From a virus (taxonomy: Duplodnaviria; Caudoviricetes), in the IMG/VR virus record IMGVR_UViG_3300021431_000003, positions 128,001 to 192,000 of that record: 64,000 bases of DNA, one strand, 5' to 3'. The position numbers were made by a program, and so were the translations under genes. Below the pieces are notes generated by a model that worked only from the letters and a program-made list of their open reading frames with translations, was not told the origin of the DNA and did no database searches. This document shows positions 29,198-39,209 of this stretch, piece after piece (positions within the stretch are counted from its first letter, which is position 1; each line of letters starts with the position of its first letter).

Positions 29198-29977
29198 ATG
29201 GCAATTGATTCTATTAAAGTAGAAGAAGTTCAACCTGATGGTAGTAAGAAAGAAATCAAAGTAGATAATGCTGCAGCTGGATATCATAATTATCTAGTTA
29301 TGTTTAATACTCTTATTGACCTTGATTTTGCTGTACTTAGAATGGTACAAGCTGAGTATAATAATCCTAAGTTTGTAGACCAGAAAGTCATGCATATGAC
29401 TACTAAAGAAGTTAAATTTCTTCTTATCAATAGAGAAGACCCTAACCCATTAACTATCTGCTTTAAAGATAAGAATATTGCCGATTCTATCTATAAAGAA
29501 ATTATGTCTACCAGATATGGCGATTTGCTTAAGGAAGATAAGTATATGGCAATCACTGGCATATTCTTCTTAATATCTGTATATGCTGCTATGGATAACA
29601 CGCATGTTACTGTAGTATGTGGAAATGAATTAGAAGAGAAAATCATAAGACGTTATCATAAAAACATTAACGTCAAAGTGGTCAATGCGTTAACTGACAT
29701 CGATGTAAATGATTATACTGAATTCATTTTCAAAAGTAAGTATGATGTATATAAGTTTAAACAAAAATTCATTGAGAAGCGACTTTTGTTATTAAACTAC
29801 AAATTCAATGTCTATTTTGATGATGGTATATTATTCTCTGATTTGGAACTTGGACATTGGTTATGGGAAACTGGATTCTCTAAAGCTGCAATCATTGATA
29901 CTTACAGTAAAGAAGATGAAGACTATGCTACCCTGAAATTCAAAAGAGTAGTAAAAAAGAAACCCGAAAACAAATAA
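29198..29977 (+). CDS. Hypothetical protein, possibly degenerate HAD-like fold
   Basis: AAGGAGG RBS; YLVMFNTLIDLD resembles a degenerate HAD motif I. Confidence 0.6.
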   Translation: MAIDSIKVEEVQPDGSKKEIKVDNAAAGYHNYLVMFNTLIDLDFAVLRMVQAEYNNPKFVDQKVMHMTTKEVKFLLINREDPNPLTICFKDKNIADSIYKEIMSTRYGDLLKEDKYMAITGIFFLISVYAAMDNTHVTVVCGNELEEKIIRRYHKNINVKVVNALTDIDVNDYTEFIFKSKYDVYKFKQKFIEKRLLLLNYKFNVYFDDGILFSDLELGHWLWETGFSKAAIIDTYSKEDEDYATLKFKRVVKKKPENK

Positions 29978-30008
29978 ATAATATTATATATTAAGGAGGA
30001 ACCGAAAT

Positions 30009-31712
30009 ATGGTTTATTCAAACGTAGTAGAAAAGGAAGCTCTGAGACGTATCCAGAGCGAAACACTTGCTATAATTTCAGATGCACTTCTGAAGTCTTT
30101 TGGACCCTATGGTTCTAATTCTATTATCGGTAAGGATGGTGCACTTTCTAGATATACTAAGGATGGTCATACAATTCTTTCTAATCTTCAGTTTGTAGAC
30201 CCAATTGCAAAGGCAGTACATGCTGATATCGAAGAGGAGACTCTTGCTCAGGCTAAGAAGGTTGGTGACTCTACAACAAGTATTACACTTCTTTCTTCTG
30301 CTATTTTTGATGCTCTTTCTGCTTATGAAAGAGAGCACAATTATAGACCAGCTTCTATCGTAAAAGCTTTCAAGAATGTAGCTGAAATGATTAAGAATAA
30401 GATTAAGGAAAATGGTAGAGAAGCTACTATTGAGGATATGTATAATATCACTCTTATTGCTACTAACGGTGATGAGAACCTTGCTAAGATTCTTAATCAG
30501 GTATACGAATCGTATGGTCTTGATGTATATATCGATGTCAAGGCATCTATGAATGGTACTACTTATCTTAAGGAAATCAATGGTATGACAATGGAGTGTG
30601 GTTTCCTTGACCCTACTCTTATTAACGATACTACAAAGAATACAGTAGACATTAAGAATCCTAAGATTTATGCGTTCAAGGACCCGATTGATACAGCGGA
30701 AATGGGTATGTTCCTGGACGCTATTCTGGTAAAGAATATTCTTAAGCCTATTAGTGAAAAGAAGCCTGAGAATGTAGTACCTACAATTATCATGGCTCCG
30801 AGAATCTCCAGAGATTATTCTGCATATATGGATACTCTGATGGCTTCTATTGCACAGGCACCTGCAGCAAATCGTGGTATTTTGAATATCATTACTGACA
30901 TTCAGGGTTGTGATATGGAACAGTTCGAAGATATTTGTGATCTTTGTGGTTGTAAGTATATTAAGAAGTATCTTGACCCTGAGATTCAGAAGAAGGATAT
31001 CGAAGCTGGTCTTGCTCCTACACCAAATAATATTGAGACTTTTGCTGGTGAAGCAGAACTTGTATCTTCTGATGCATATAAGACCACTTTTGTAAATCCT
31101 AAGAAGATGTTTAACTCTAATGGTGAGCATTCAGAACTTTTCAATCAAAGAACAGACTATCTTCAGAAACAGATTGAAAAGCTGACTGTAGAGGGTAATA
31201 CTACTACAGAAATCTATACTCTTAAGAAAAGACTCAATTCTCTTAAGGGTAAGATGGTTGAAATCTATATCGGTGGTGTTACTATTGCAGACCGTGATGC
31301 AGAACGTGACCTTCTCGAAGATGCAGTACTTAACTGTCGTAGTGCAGCAATTAACGGTGTAGGTTATGCAGCAAACTTCGAGGGTTATAGAGCAGCACTG
31401 TCTGTAACCGAAGATGAGCTTACAGGCATTGAAGCTGATATTGCGGATATTCTGGTTAAGCAGTATTATGAAATCATATATGCTCTATATGATAGTGTAG
31501 GAGAAGAGGAAATCGATAATCCTCATGAGATTATCAAACAGTGTATCGTTCATGGTTGTCCTTACAATATTACTACTGGTAAGTATGATAGTAAGGTTCT
31601 CACAAGTATTGATACTGATATTTGTATCATTGATACTATCTCTAAGATTATCACTATCATGGTAACTGCAAACCAGTTCATCCTTCCTACAATCAATATG
31701 AATAATTATTAA
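30009..31712 (+). CDS. groEL: Phage GroEL-like chaperonin
   Basis: SFGPYG, YTKDGHTIL, VGDSTTS, IYIGG.T...RD.LEDAV...SA...G motifs. Confidence 0.92.
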   Translation: MVYSNVVEKEALRRIQSETLAIISDALLKSFGPYGSNSIIGKDGALSRYTKDGHTILSNLQFVDPIAKAVHADIEEETLAQAKKVGDSTTSITLLSSAIFDALSAYEREHNYRPASIVKAFKNVAEMIKNKIKENGREATIEDMYNITLIATNGDENLAKILNQVYESYGLDVYIDVKASMNGTTYLKEINGMTMECGFLDPTLINDTTKNTVDIKNPKIYAFKDPIDTAEMGMFLDAILVKNILKPISEKKPENVVPTIIMAPRISRDYSAYMDTLMASIAQAPAANRGILNIITDIQGCDMEQFEDICDLCGCKYIKKYLDPEIQKKDIEAGLAPTPNNIETFAGEAELVSSDAYKTTFVNPKKMFNSNGEHSELFNQRTDYLQKQIEKLTVEGNTTTEIYTLKKRLNSLKGKMVEIYIGGVTIADRDAERDLLEDAVLNCRSAAINGVGYAANFEGYRAALSVTEDELTGIEADIADILVKQYYEIIYALYDSVGEEEIDNPHEIIKQCIVHGCPYNITTGKYDSKVLTSIDTDICIIDTISKIITIMVTANQFILPTINMNNY

Positions 31713-31718
31713 TAATAC

Positions 31719-31755
31719 AAAAAAGAACGGGCTCTTAATTGAGTCCGTTCTTTTT
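31719..31755. terminator. Bidirectional terminator
   Basis: AAAAAGAACGGGCTC / GAGTCCGTTCTTTTT. Confidence 0.8.
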
Positions 31756-31824
31756 CCAACTACTAATGACCTAAGTCACCTAGCTGATATATTCAATTTT
31801 CAAGATTCTATCGGTTACAAACTA

Positions 31825-32379
31825 TTAGTCGCAGAAATAGCTAATCGTCTGTAACGCCTTCCACATGTCAAGGAAGTTTTTCTCGTAGAGCCCAGACTTA
31901 TTAATTGCGTTTTCGAAAAGCTCGAAAGTTTTTCGCTCTACGACTTCTCCAAGAGGTCTAGTAAGCTGAATGATTGCAGAGCAATATGCATCGTCTGCAT
32001 TAACACAATCAGCAAATTCCTTTACACAATGGAAGAAAGTATTATTATGTGCTTTTGCGTATCTTGTCAGTTTCAAAAAGTCCTCACCCTTGCAGTGAGC
32101 GAGTAAATCCACTGCTTTGTCGAAACTGTGCTTGTATTCATCCTGTTCAGTGCTAGTCTTCGCTGCTTCGTCGTCAAGACTATCACCCCAAGGGGTAATA
32201 CCCCATCCAGCGACAACATCAGTTTCCTTGGCTGCAGCAAAGTCTGCTGCAGTGCATTCTTCAATCTTTTTCCAGAATGCACCCGCATCGTTGCCATGTC
32301 CGCAGATAACAAGAACGCAACCGTTCTTAACTCCGAGTACCTTTCCGTTTACTACTATACTAGTGATATTTTCGTTCAT
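31825..32379 (-). CDS. Accessory hypothetical protein (higher GC than neighbours)
   Basis: Start MNENITS (32379) behind GGAGG; lone minus-strand gene. Confidence 0.75.
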   Translation of the reverse strand: MNENITSIVVNGKVLGVKNGCVLVICGHGNDAGAFWKKIEECTAADFAAAKETDVVAGWGITPWGDSLDDEAAKTSTEQDEYKHSFDKAVDLLAHCKGEDFLKLTRYAKAHNNTFFHCVKEFADCVNADDAYCSAIIQLTRPLGEVVERKTFELFENAINKSGLYEKNFLDMWKALQTISYFCD

Positions 32380-32598
32380 TGTTATTTCCTCCAGGAAATA
32401 TTTACTCCTCACATAGGAGCATAGATAAACTGCGCTAGTTTTAAGGGCTATTCTAGCAACCCAAAGCGGCAAAGCTTCTTGGATAATCCCGCAGGTTTGT
32501 TTGTAGTATGCCGTCGCCAGGCACTACGGGAGTCCATTAAGAGATAATATGAGTGGTCGATAGTGACGGCTATCGATTTGATATTATCTCTTACTTGC
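32380..32598 (-). ncRNA. Candidate structured 5' leader / cis-regulatory RNA
   Basis: About 220-nt GC-richer non-coding stretch between an early promoter (32603-32610) and the ATG; long hairpin 32538-32593 plus several short stems. Confidence 0.4.
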
Positions 32599-32691
32599 TT
32601 ATATTATATATATACCAAATATCAGATTTTTACAATCTCGTTATCTTTGATTTCCAGAACATTGAAATAATACTATGAAAGGAGGACTGTT

Positions 32692-34158
32692 ATGGCTTCA
32701 GCAAGAAAGTATAAGTGTCCATTTTGTAGTAAATCTTTTGAAAGATCTAAGTTAGCTAGTCATATTGATAAGTATCATGATGACATGTTAAATCCTGATA
32801 AAGGATATACTGCAAATAGAATTGTATTTGACATTTGTAATAAGAAAGAACCTATTGGTGCTGGACAGGGAGTATGTCGCATTTGTAAGAAACCTACAGA
32901 ATGGGACGAAGACTCTGTACGTTATAAGTCTTATTGCTCTGAAAAATGTAAGCAACAGGCTAGAGAGAATTATAAGAATAATATGCTAAGGGTATATGGT
33001 AAAACTACTTTACTTGATGATATTGAATGGCAAGAAAATAAGATGCTTGCCAATCGTTCTATCTCTGGTAAATATCGCTGGTCTGATGGTACATACAAAA
33101 CTTATGTAGGAAGTTATGAAAAGAAGTTCCTAGAGTTTTGTGATAGCGTATTAGGTATTAAGTCTGAAGACTTATTAACTCCTGGACCCACTATCTATTA
33201 TGAGTATGACGGAGAAGAGCATACTTGGATTACTGATGCGATTTATCTGCCATATAATCTTGTATTTGATATCAAAGATGGTGGAAGTAATAAGAACAAT
33301 CGTGAAATGCCAGATTATAGAGCAAAGCAATTAGAGAAAGAGAAGTTTATTACAGACCAAGGTGAGTATAATTATATTAGACTTACTAATAATGAGTTTG
33401 TTCAGCTTCTTACAATCTTTGCTGAGCTTAAAGAAAACTATATGGATAGCACAGAACCTAAGACTATCTCTAGAGTTCATGAGCATATGGGTCCAGCAGG
33501 TCCAGGCGGTATGCCAGTTGTAGGGACCGATACAAATCCAAGTGTATTCATTACCAATTATATGAATAAGAATACATTCGAATCTGGATTTGCTATTTCT
33601 AATGACGTTACTTCTGAGTATATGATTGCTAGAGATAAGAAATCTGGTAAGCTTAAGAAAGTAAAGTCTAAAGATTTGCTAGAAGATTGTGAATGTGAAA
33701 CTTATAAGTATATTGGTGATAATATTTCTAATATTCTTAAAGAACTGTATTCTGTATATAAAGCTGAGGAATATGTAGACTATCATTATCTACCTTGTCT
33801 TGTTACAGAGTTTACAGAGATTTTATCAGATGACCAATTAGAATATAGTGAACTATTGGAAATGGTGAATTGGGAACAGATTCATGAGAACTTTAATAGT
33901 TCTTTAGCTACATTACAGTTCCAATCTGAAGCAATATTAGAAGGCATTAAGCCAGTCGTATTTAATGTATTAGACCCAGTTAAGTATGAGTATAAGAAAA
34001 AACTCTTGAAAGAATATGAAGACTTGACTATTCTACAGAGCCTAAATGGAAAATACTTTGGGTATAATAAACTAACTTGTAAAAGAACTAAAGGAGTAAA
34101 TAGCATATATGATATAACTGAGTGTATGCTTAACTCTATATCTACTAACTCACAATAA
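32692..34158 (+). CDS. C2H2/C4 zinc-finger protein with TnsA/T4 gp4-like PD-(D/E)xK nuclease domain
   Basis: CPFC..H...H; CRIC..YCSEKC; GSYEKKF...D, I.YEY.GE.H.WITD......DIK. Confidence 0.6.
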   Translation: MASARKYKCPFCSKSFERSKLASHIDKYHDDMLNPDKGYTANRIVFDICNKKEPIGAGQGVCRICKKPTEWDEDSVRYKSYCSEKCKQQARENYKNNMLRVYGKTTLLDDIEWQENKMLANRSISGKYRWSDGTYKTYVGSYEKKFLEFCDSVLGIKSEDLLTPGPTIYYEYDGEEHTWITDAIYLPYNLVFDIKDGGSNKNNREMPDYRAKQLEKEKFITDQGEYNYIRLTNNEFVQLLTIFAELKENYMDSTEPKTISRVHEHMGPAGPGGMPVVGTDTNPSVFITNYMNKNTFESGFAISNDVTSEYMIARDKKSGKLKKVKSKDLLEDCECETYKYIGDNISNILKELYSVYKAEEYVDYHYLPCLVTEFTEILSDDQLEYSELLEMVNWEQIHENFNSSLATLQFQSEAILEGIKPVVFNVLDPVKYEYKKKLLKEYEDLTILQSLNGKYFGYNKLTCKRTKGVNSIYDITECMLNSISTNSQ

Positions 34159-34171
34159 GGAGGAAATAATC

Positions 34172-34681
34172 ATGAGTATGTTTAACGAGAGAGTATTCAA
34201 TATTCTTCTTGAATCTAGCAAGTGTAAGAGCACTTCTAAGGAAGAGTGTGGTAACGAGTGTGCTGATTTCCAGGATACTATCGGTAACGGTCATAACTTC
34301 TCTGATGTTATTGTACCGTCTAGTGTAAAGATGAACAAGGATACTATTCCAGTTTGTCAGGTTTCTAAGAAGGAATGTGGTGCAGAGTGTAAAGAGTGCG
34401 GTGATAACTGCAATGAATCTGCATACTTTATCGACGGTAGAATGCTTGACATTTATATGGATGACAATGGTATTAACGATGATGCTCAGGCGGTATATGA
34501 TATCTGTGAACATTACGGTATTAATGTAGATGATGTTTATGTCGTTGTGGAATGCGATGAAGTAAACAAGGGTCTTATTGACCATGCTAAGACATATGTA
34601 GATTGCGGTCTGCTTCGTAGATGTCATGACCAGATTCGTAATTGTATCAATGCAGGTATTAATGTAGCTAAACGTTCTTAA
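34172..34681 (+). CDS. Cys-rich hypothetical protein
   Basis: AAGGAGG RBS; repeated KECG/EECG. Confidence 0.75.
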   Translation: MSMFNERVFNILLESSKCKSTSKEECGNECADFQDTIGNGHNFSDVIVPSSVKMNKDTIPVCQVSKKECGAECKECGDNCNESAYFIDGRMLDIYMDDNGINDDAQAVYDICEHYGINVDDVYVVVECDEVNKGLIDHAKTYVDCGLLRRCHDQIRNCINAGINVAKRS

Positions 34682-34757
34682 CATATGAGAGAGGGTAGGT
34701 TGATTCCTACCCTCTCTTTAACTTCCTTATAATATATTATAAATGGAGGTGTTCTAA

Positions 34758-35192
34758 ATGAGTAGAACATACAGACGTCGCAAGAAGAATTATAATAATT
34801 ATAATTCTAAAAAGAATACCGCACCTGTTAGTTATAAAGTGTCACAAGACCTTACTAAAGATAAGTCTCCAGAAGTTAAAAGAGATACTTCTGGTAATAT
34901 TATTTATTCTTCTCAATATATAGGTGATGAAAAATTTGAATATTGGGTAGAATATAACTCTGATAAACAACCTATTCATTATCATGATAGTAGAGGTGGA
35001 GAATGGTGGATTAAGTATAATTCTAAAGGAAATATTTCTAACTTCTGGGATAATACTGGATATGAAGAAGTATATAATTACTATAAGAATGATGTAGTAA
35101 TTAGTACAGATTCTTATGGTATTCGGATTAAAAAAATTATAGACAAAGAGCGTTGTAAGATTACACGTGATGTATTCTTAAATACACCATAA
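34758..35192 (+). CDS. Hypothetical protein with short YD-like beta-hairpin repeats
   Basis: RDTSGNII, YNSDKQPI, YNSKGNIS repeats; basic N-terminus. Confidence 0.65.
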   Translation: MSRTYRRRKKNYNNYNSKKNTAPVSYKVSQDLTKDKSPEVKRDTSGNIIYSSQYIGDEKFEYWVEYNSDKQPIHYHDSRGGEWWIKYNSKGNISNFWDNTGYEEVYNYYKNDVVISTDSYGIRIKKIIDKERCKITRDVFLNTP

Positions 35193-35252
35193 ATTATATA
35201 TTATTTTAATGTAAGTAAGACTTACAAATATATTTTGAAAGGAACGATATAT

Positions 35253-36137
35253 ATGCCAAATTGGTGTAACAACTTTATAACATTCTTGAGCGATGGAACT
35301 CCAGAAGGAAATTGTGCTTTGGTAGACTTGCATAATAAAATAGAACAAGTCGCTAAACTTGTACAACAAATCCATCTTGGAAGTGGAGATTTGTGGGAGG
35401 TGTATTTAGCTAAGCTAGGATATGGTGTTGACATTTCGTGTTATCAACGTGGCTATATATATTATATAAGCGATATAGTCGGAAATGTGGAATTTAGCAT
35501 CGAATGTTATGATGCTTGGTCTCCCAATATTCAATTCTGGCAAGCTTTACTCTATTACTTTTATCAGAATAGAATATCATTTACGTTTCAAGCATCTGAA
35601 CCTGGTATGCAAATATATGAAACTAATGACTTGGGTGTTTTACCAAGGTATACTGTCAATATATATGCAGAAGGTGTAGATGAATTATTGACTTTCGATA
35701 AACTTTGGAATTGGGATAATCCATTGTTTCCAAGAATTGATAATGAATATGTAGATAATTCTCAAGGACAATGGATAAAATATCCGTGTAGTCCATTATT
35801 TGATGAGAATGGTAATCGTAAATATTATGATAGATGGGTTGAACCAAGAGTCTATTACTGGAATGAATTCGAAGGTGATGAAGACGAAATAATAAGTGAA
35901 ACAGAAGAACTCATTACACTTCAACCATTCGAAACAATTGATGATATCAGAGCAATTCCTGGAATTAATGTTAATGAGTGGCAATATATTAACACTGATG
36001 GAGCTATTGCTCAAGAAGAACTTTGTGACAAAATTTGTTCAAAGATTGGATATAGTGAAAGTATGACTCCATATGGTAAAGTATCTCCAATCTATGACAA
36101 CTTTACAACATTTTTAGGAGGTGACTCTAGTGAGTAA
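35253..36137 (+). CDS. DUF1281/YubB ferredoxin-like domain protein
   Basis: MPNWCNN start, AWSP and EPGM motifs. Confidence 0.6.
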   Translation: MPNWCNNFITFLSDGTPEGNCALVDLHNKIEQVAKLVQQIHLGSGDLWEVYLAKLGYGVDISCYQRGYIYYISDIVGNVEFSIECYDAWSPNIQFWQALLYYFYQNRISFTFQASEPGMQIYETNDLGVLPRYTVNIYAEGVDELLTFDKLWNWDNPLFPRIDNEYVDNSQGQWIKYPCSPLFDENGNRKYYDRWVEPRVYYWNEFEGDEDEIISETEELITLQPFETIDDIRAIPGINVNEWQYINTDGAIAQEELCDKICSKIGYSESMTPYGKVSPIYDNFTTFLGGDSSE

Positions 36138-36669
36138 TCTTAGAGTATCAGGAATCATGAAAGATTCTATTGTTGACGGTCCTGGACTTAGATATGTAAT
36201 CTTTGTACAGGGTTGTTATCATAAGTGTGAGGGTTGTCATAACCCTCAGACACATGACCCTCAGGGTGGTATTAATATGGATACAGATAATATTCTTAAA
36301 GAGTTTATCAGTAATCCTATGTATAACGGTATCACCTTCTCAGGTGGTGAACCTTTCCTTCAGGCTGACGCATTAGCGGATTTAGCTATTGCTATCAATA
36401 AGTATTTCAATAGCTCTATTGCACAAGTTGGAAGAGAGTTTAATATTATCTGTTATACAGGTTATACTTATGAACAGATTAAGAAAGGTATTGATGAAGG
36501 AATCATGTCTTATATGAGACTTCTTTACAACATTGACTATCTTATTGATGGTAAGTTTGAAAAAGATAAAGCCTCACTTGACTGTAAGTGGAGAGGTTCT
36601 ACTAATCAGCGTATCATTGATGTTAGAGCATCTTTGAGAGAAGGTAAAGTTGTAGAGGTAGAACTCTAA
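36121..36669 (+). CDS. nrdG: Anaerobic RNR activating enzyme (radical SAM)
   Basis: DSIVDGPGLR, CYHKCEGCHN, GITFSGGEP, YTGY, DGKF, WRGSTNQRII; probable start GTG 36130. Confidence 0.95.
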   Translation: MTLVSNLRVSGIMKDSIVDGPGLRYVIFVQGCYHKCEGCHNPQTHDPQGGINMDTDNILKEFISNPMYNGITFSGGEPFLQADALADLAIAINKYFNSSIAQVGREFNIICYTGYTYEQIKKGIDEGIMSYMRLLYNIDYLIDGKFEKDKASLDCKWRGSTNQRIIDVRASLREGKVVEVEL

Positions 36670-36751
36670 TATATGAAAAGAAACAGGACACGAGAGTCCT
36701 GTTTCTTTTTAGTGTTGAACTTTATTATAATATATAAAGGAGGTAGTTAGT

Positions 36752-38026
36752 ATGGCTACAAATATTGTTAAAGAAGATAATTTGCTCAGAGTTAAACATC
36801 ATACTACTACATTAGTATATGATGAAACAAGAAAAGACGACCTATTATCTAAGACAGATTTAGACCTTGTAGTAGTATTTAAAGATAAAGACGGAGAATA
36901 TCCTACAGGTAAAATTGTATTAAGTAATGAATTTGTTACTAAGTACAACTATAAGTATGTAACAGATGATATTGGTAACGTGTTATCTTGTACTATTACC
37001 AAGACTGTATCTAAGAATGGTCAATCTACTGACATCGAAAAGACTAGTACAGCATCTTTCTATGATGCTAATGGTAGAGTAATTAAGAAAGAATATTATA
37101 CTCGTGATGGTATTATGTATAATCGTGAACAATTCTGGTATTGGGAGACTGGTAAACTTAAGACAAAGAAAGTTAAGTCTACTCATGTAATCGAAACCAC
37201 TGAATATAATCATGATGGTAATGTAATTCTTGTATGGGCTAAGACAATTGCAAGCAAATGTATTTCTAGAAAGTATTCTGCTACTTATAATGAAAAAGGT
37301 GAGATTGTTCATTATGTAAAGTACGGCAAAGGATATGAGTGTTTTGTAGAAAGAGACCTTGACCATGAAGGTAATCTCTTATCTATTACTGAAATCTTTA
37401 AGCATCTTAGTGATAGAAAGGTATTTGCTAAGACTACAAAAGTCTATGACCCTAATGCTGGATATAAGCTTTCTAGAGTTATCAAGAATGGTTTTGTTGT
37501 AGACCAATATTGGTATGACTTAGAAGGACAAGTAATTAAGAACGTTAAGAGTGAAAAAGATAATGATGTAATCACTACAATCATTGAAAGAAGTACTGAT
37601 ACTGAAACTGGTGAAAAGACAGTTGAAAAACATATCTACTTTGTAGATAAATGTGGTAAACAACGTAGTAAGTATATTAAAGAAGTATATGATGAGAACA
37701 ATAATCTTCTTACATTTGCAGAGGATAATTCTAAGGTTACAACATATACTTATAACGAAGATGGTAAACGTGAAACTGCAATCACTAAACAGCTTATTGA
37801 TGAAGAGTTTGTAGTAATTGATAAAATTACTTATACTTATTCTACAGATGAAGAAACTGGTGAAGAAAAGAAGACTCGTGTAGAAGAGCGTTATGATGCT
37901 AAGGGAAATATCACTCATAAGCAGACTCATACAGAATCTATTACAGACACTAAGAAAGAATATACTGTAGAGAATAGAGTATATGAAGTTCCTGAAGCTG
38001 ATGATAGTAATACTACAAATCCATAA
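36752..38026 (+). CDS. YD/RHS-like beta-repeat protein
   Basis: Recurrent Y(D/N)xxG(N/R/Q/E)(V/L/I) units: YDANGRVI, YNHDGNVI, YNEKGEIV, YDLEGQVI, YNEDGKR, YDAKGNIT. Confidence 0.65.
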   Translation: MATNIVKEDNLLRVKHHTTTLVYDETRKDDLLSKTDLDLVVVFKDKDGEYPTGKIVLSNEFVTKYNYKYVTDDIGNVLSCTITKTVSKNGQSTDIEKTSTASFYDANGRVIKKEYYTRDGIMYNREQFWYWETGKLKTKKVKSTHVIETTEYNHDGNVILVWAKTIASKCISRKYSATYNEKGEIVHYVKYGKGYECFVERDLDHEGNLLSITEIFKHLSDRKVFAKTTKVYDPNAGYKLSRVIKNGFVVDQYWYDLEGQVIKNVKSEKDNDVITTIIERSTDTETGEKTVEKHIYFVDKCGKQRSKYIKEVYDENNNLLTFAEDNSKVTTYTYNEDGKRETAITKQLIDEEFVVIDKITYTYSTDEETGEEKKTRVEERYDAKGNITHKQTHTESITDTKKEYTVENRVYEVPEADDSNTTNP

Positions 38027-38068
38027 TTGTATATTATTTAAATAGAATATTAGAAAGGAGCCGATAAA

Positions 38069-38347
38069 ATGGCTAAAGCAATTGTTATTTATTATCACAT
38101 TCCTGGTTTTGAGAAACTAGACCAGGGATTGTACAAAAATCCACAGTTCGCTCAGAAGATGAATTTTGACATATTTCATCGAATTATCCTCAGAGCGAGA
38201 CGTGTAGGACATAAACTTTATGAATTCTCTATCAACGGGATTACATATAGAGCCCGTTTGATTAGAGATCTTGAATCTTGGGAGAAAGCGTATTATGCCA
38301 ACTCTAAAGAAACATGTATTACTAAACTGATGAATATTTATCCGTGA
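38069..38347 (+). CDS. Hypothetical early protein
   Basis: AAGGAG RBS, TATATTAT at 38030. Confidence 0.7.
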   Translation: MAKAIVIYYHIPGFEKLDQGLYKNPQFAQKMNFDIFHRIILRARRVGHKLYEFSINGITYRARLIRDLESWEKAYYANSKETCITKLMNIYP

Positions 38348-38375
38348 GTTCATCAGTTCGATGATTAAAAAGAAT

Positions 38376-38400
38376 AACGGGGTGCATAATGCACCCCGTT
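38376..38400. terminator. Terminator between convergent genes
   Basis: AACGGGGTGCAT / ATGCACCCCGTT. Confidence 0.75.
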
Positions 38401-38411
38401 TATTTCTTGTC

Positions 38412-39098
38412 TTAAAACATAAGTCCGAATTGACGTTGACATAACTTAGCATTATAGTATGTATATACAACTCCCATGAATGCTCTATAACAGTTCTCAA
38501 TGAATTCGTATTCATCTGGATTACTGAATGTCAATGGATACTCTCTGAAGTTTGGTTCTTCTTTATCAAACTGAAGAACTAGACATCCTTCAAGATTGAT
38601 ATTCTTTTTTATATAGATTAGATATCTATATGCAGCTAACTGCATAAAGTATTTATAACCTACATGATTAGATGTCTTAAAGTCTACCATATATGGTTTG
38701 TCGTCAATACTGATGAGTAAATCGTATGTTCCTGCAAAGAACTCACCTACCATAGGTTCTTCTTGACCTAAGATTCTTACTCTATGACAATTATTAATTC
38801 CTTCCCACCATTTCTTAAATGCTTCTAAGCATACGTTAGGATGTTCTACTTTCTTTCCCTTTAAATACATCTCAATAGACTCATGTACCATTGTACCAAA
38901 CTCAGCAGCTTTCATAGCAACTTCTCTATTATCTAATCCTTGTCTACCAATTCTATTAGCCCATCCAATAAGACCTTCTGAATCAATAAAAGACAATAGT
39001 TCTGTTACACTTGGAACTCCTCTACCATTATATGTATATCTAGCTTTTCTCTTATTAAAGACTGTTAAATCATTAAGCAATAATTCTGGGTCTAACAT
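38412..39098 (-). CDS. PD-(D/E)xK exonuclease (RecB/Cas4-like phage exonuclease)
   Basis: PSVT, GTMVH..IE, EE, AGTYDL, VDFKTS, QLAAY. Confidence 0.85.
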   Translation of the reverse strand: MLDPELLLNDLTVFNKRKARYTYNGRGVPSVTELLSFIDSEGLIGWANRIGRQGLDNREVAMKAAEFGTMVHESIEMYLKGKKVEHPNVCLEAFKKWWEGINNCHRVRILGQEEPMVGEFFAGTYDLLISIDDKPYMVDFKTSNHVGYKYFMQLAAYRYLIYIKKNINLEGCLVLQFDKEEPNFREYPLTFSNPDEYEFIENCYRAFMGVVYTYYNAKLCQRQFGLMF

Positions 39099-39209
39099 AG
39101 TAAGAATCTACTCCCTTCATTACAATAATTTAATAGTAAGTTGAAACATATATTATTTATGTAATGGAGAGACATACTCTCAAATCTAAATGAAAGAAGG
39201 AATCAACAC

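Noticed and set aside
32603-32636. Canonical host sigma-A promoter (TTGTAA...TATAAT), also at 58679-58712
   Set aside because: Spacing is 19-21 bp rather than about 17, and the sites fit the phage TATATAAT-N4-purine class better; host RNAP use is not fully excluded.
38412-39098. Cas4 of a phage CRISPR system
   Set aside because: No Fe-S cysteine cluster, array or other cas genes; ordinary phage PD-(D/E)xK exonuclease.
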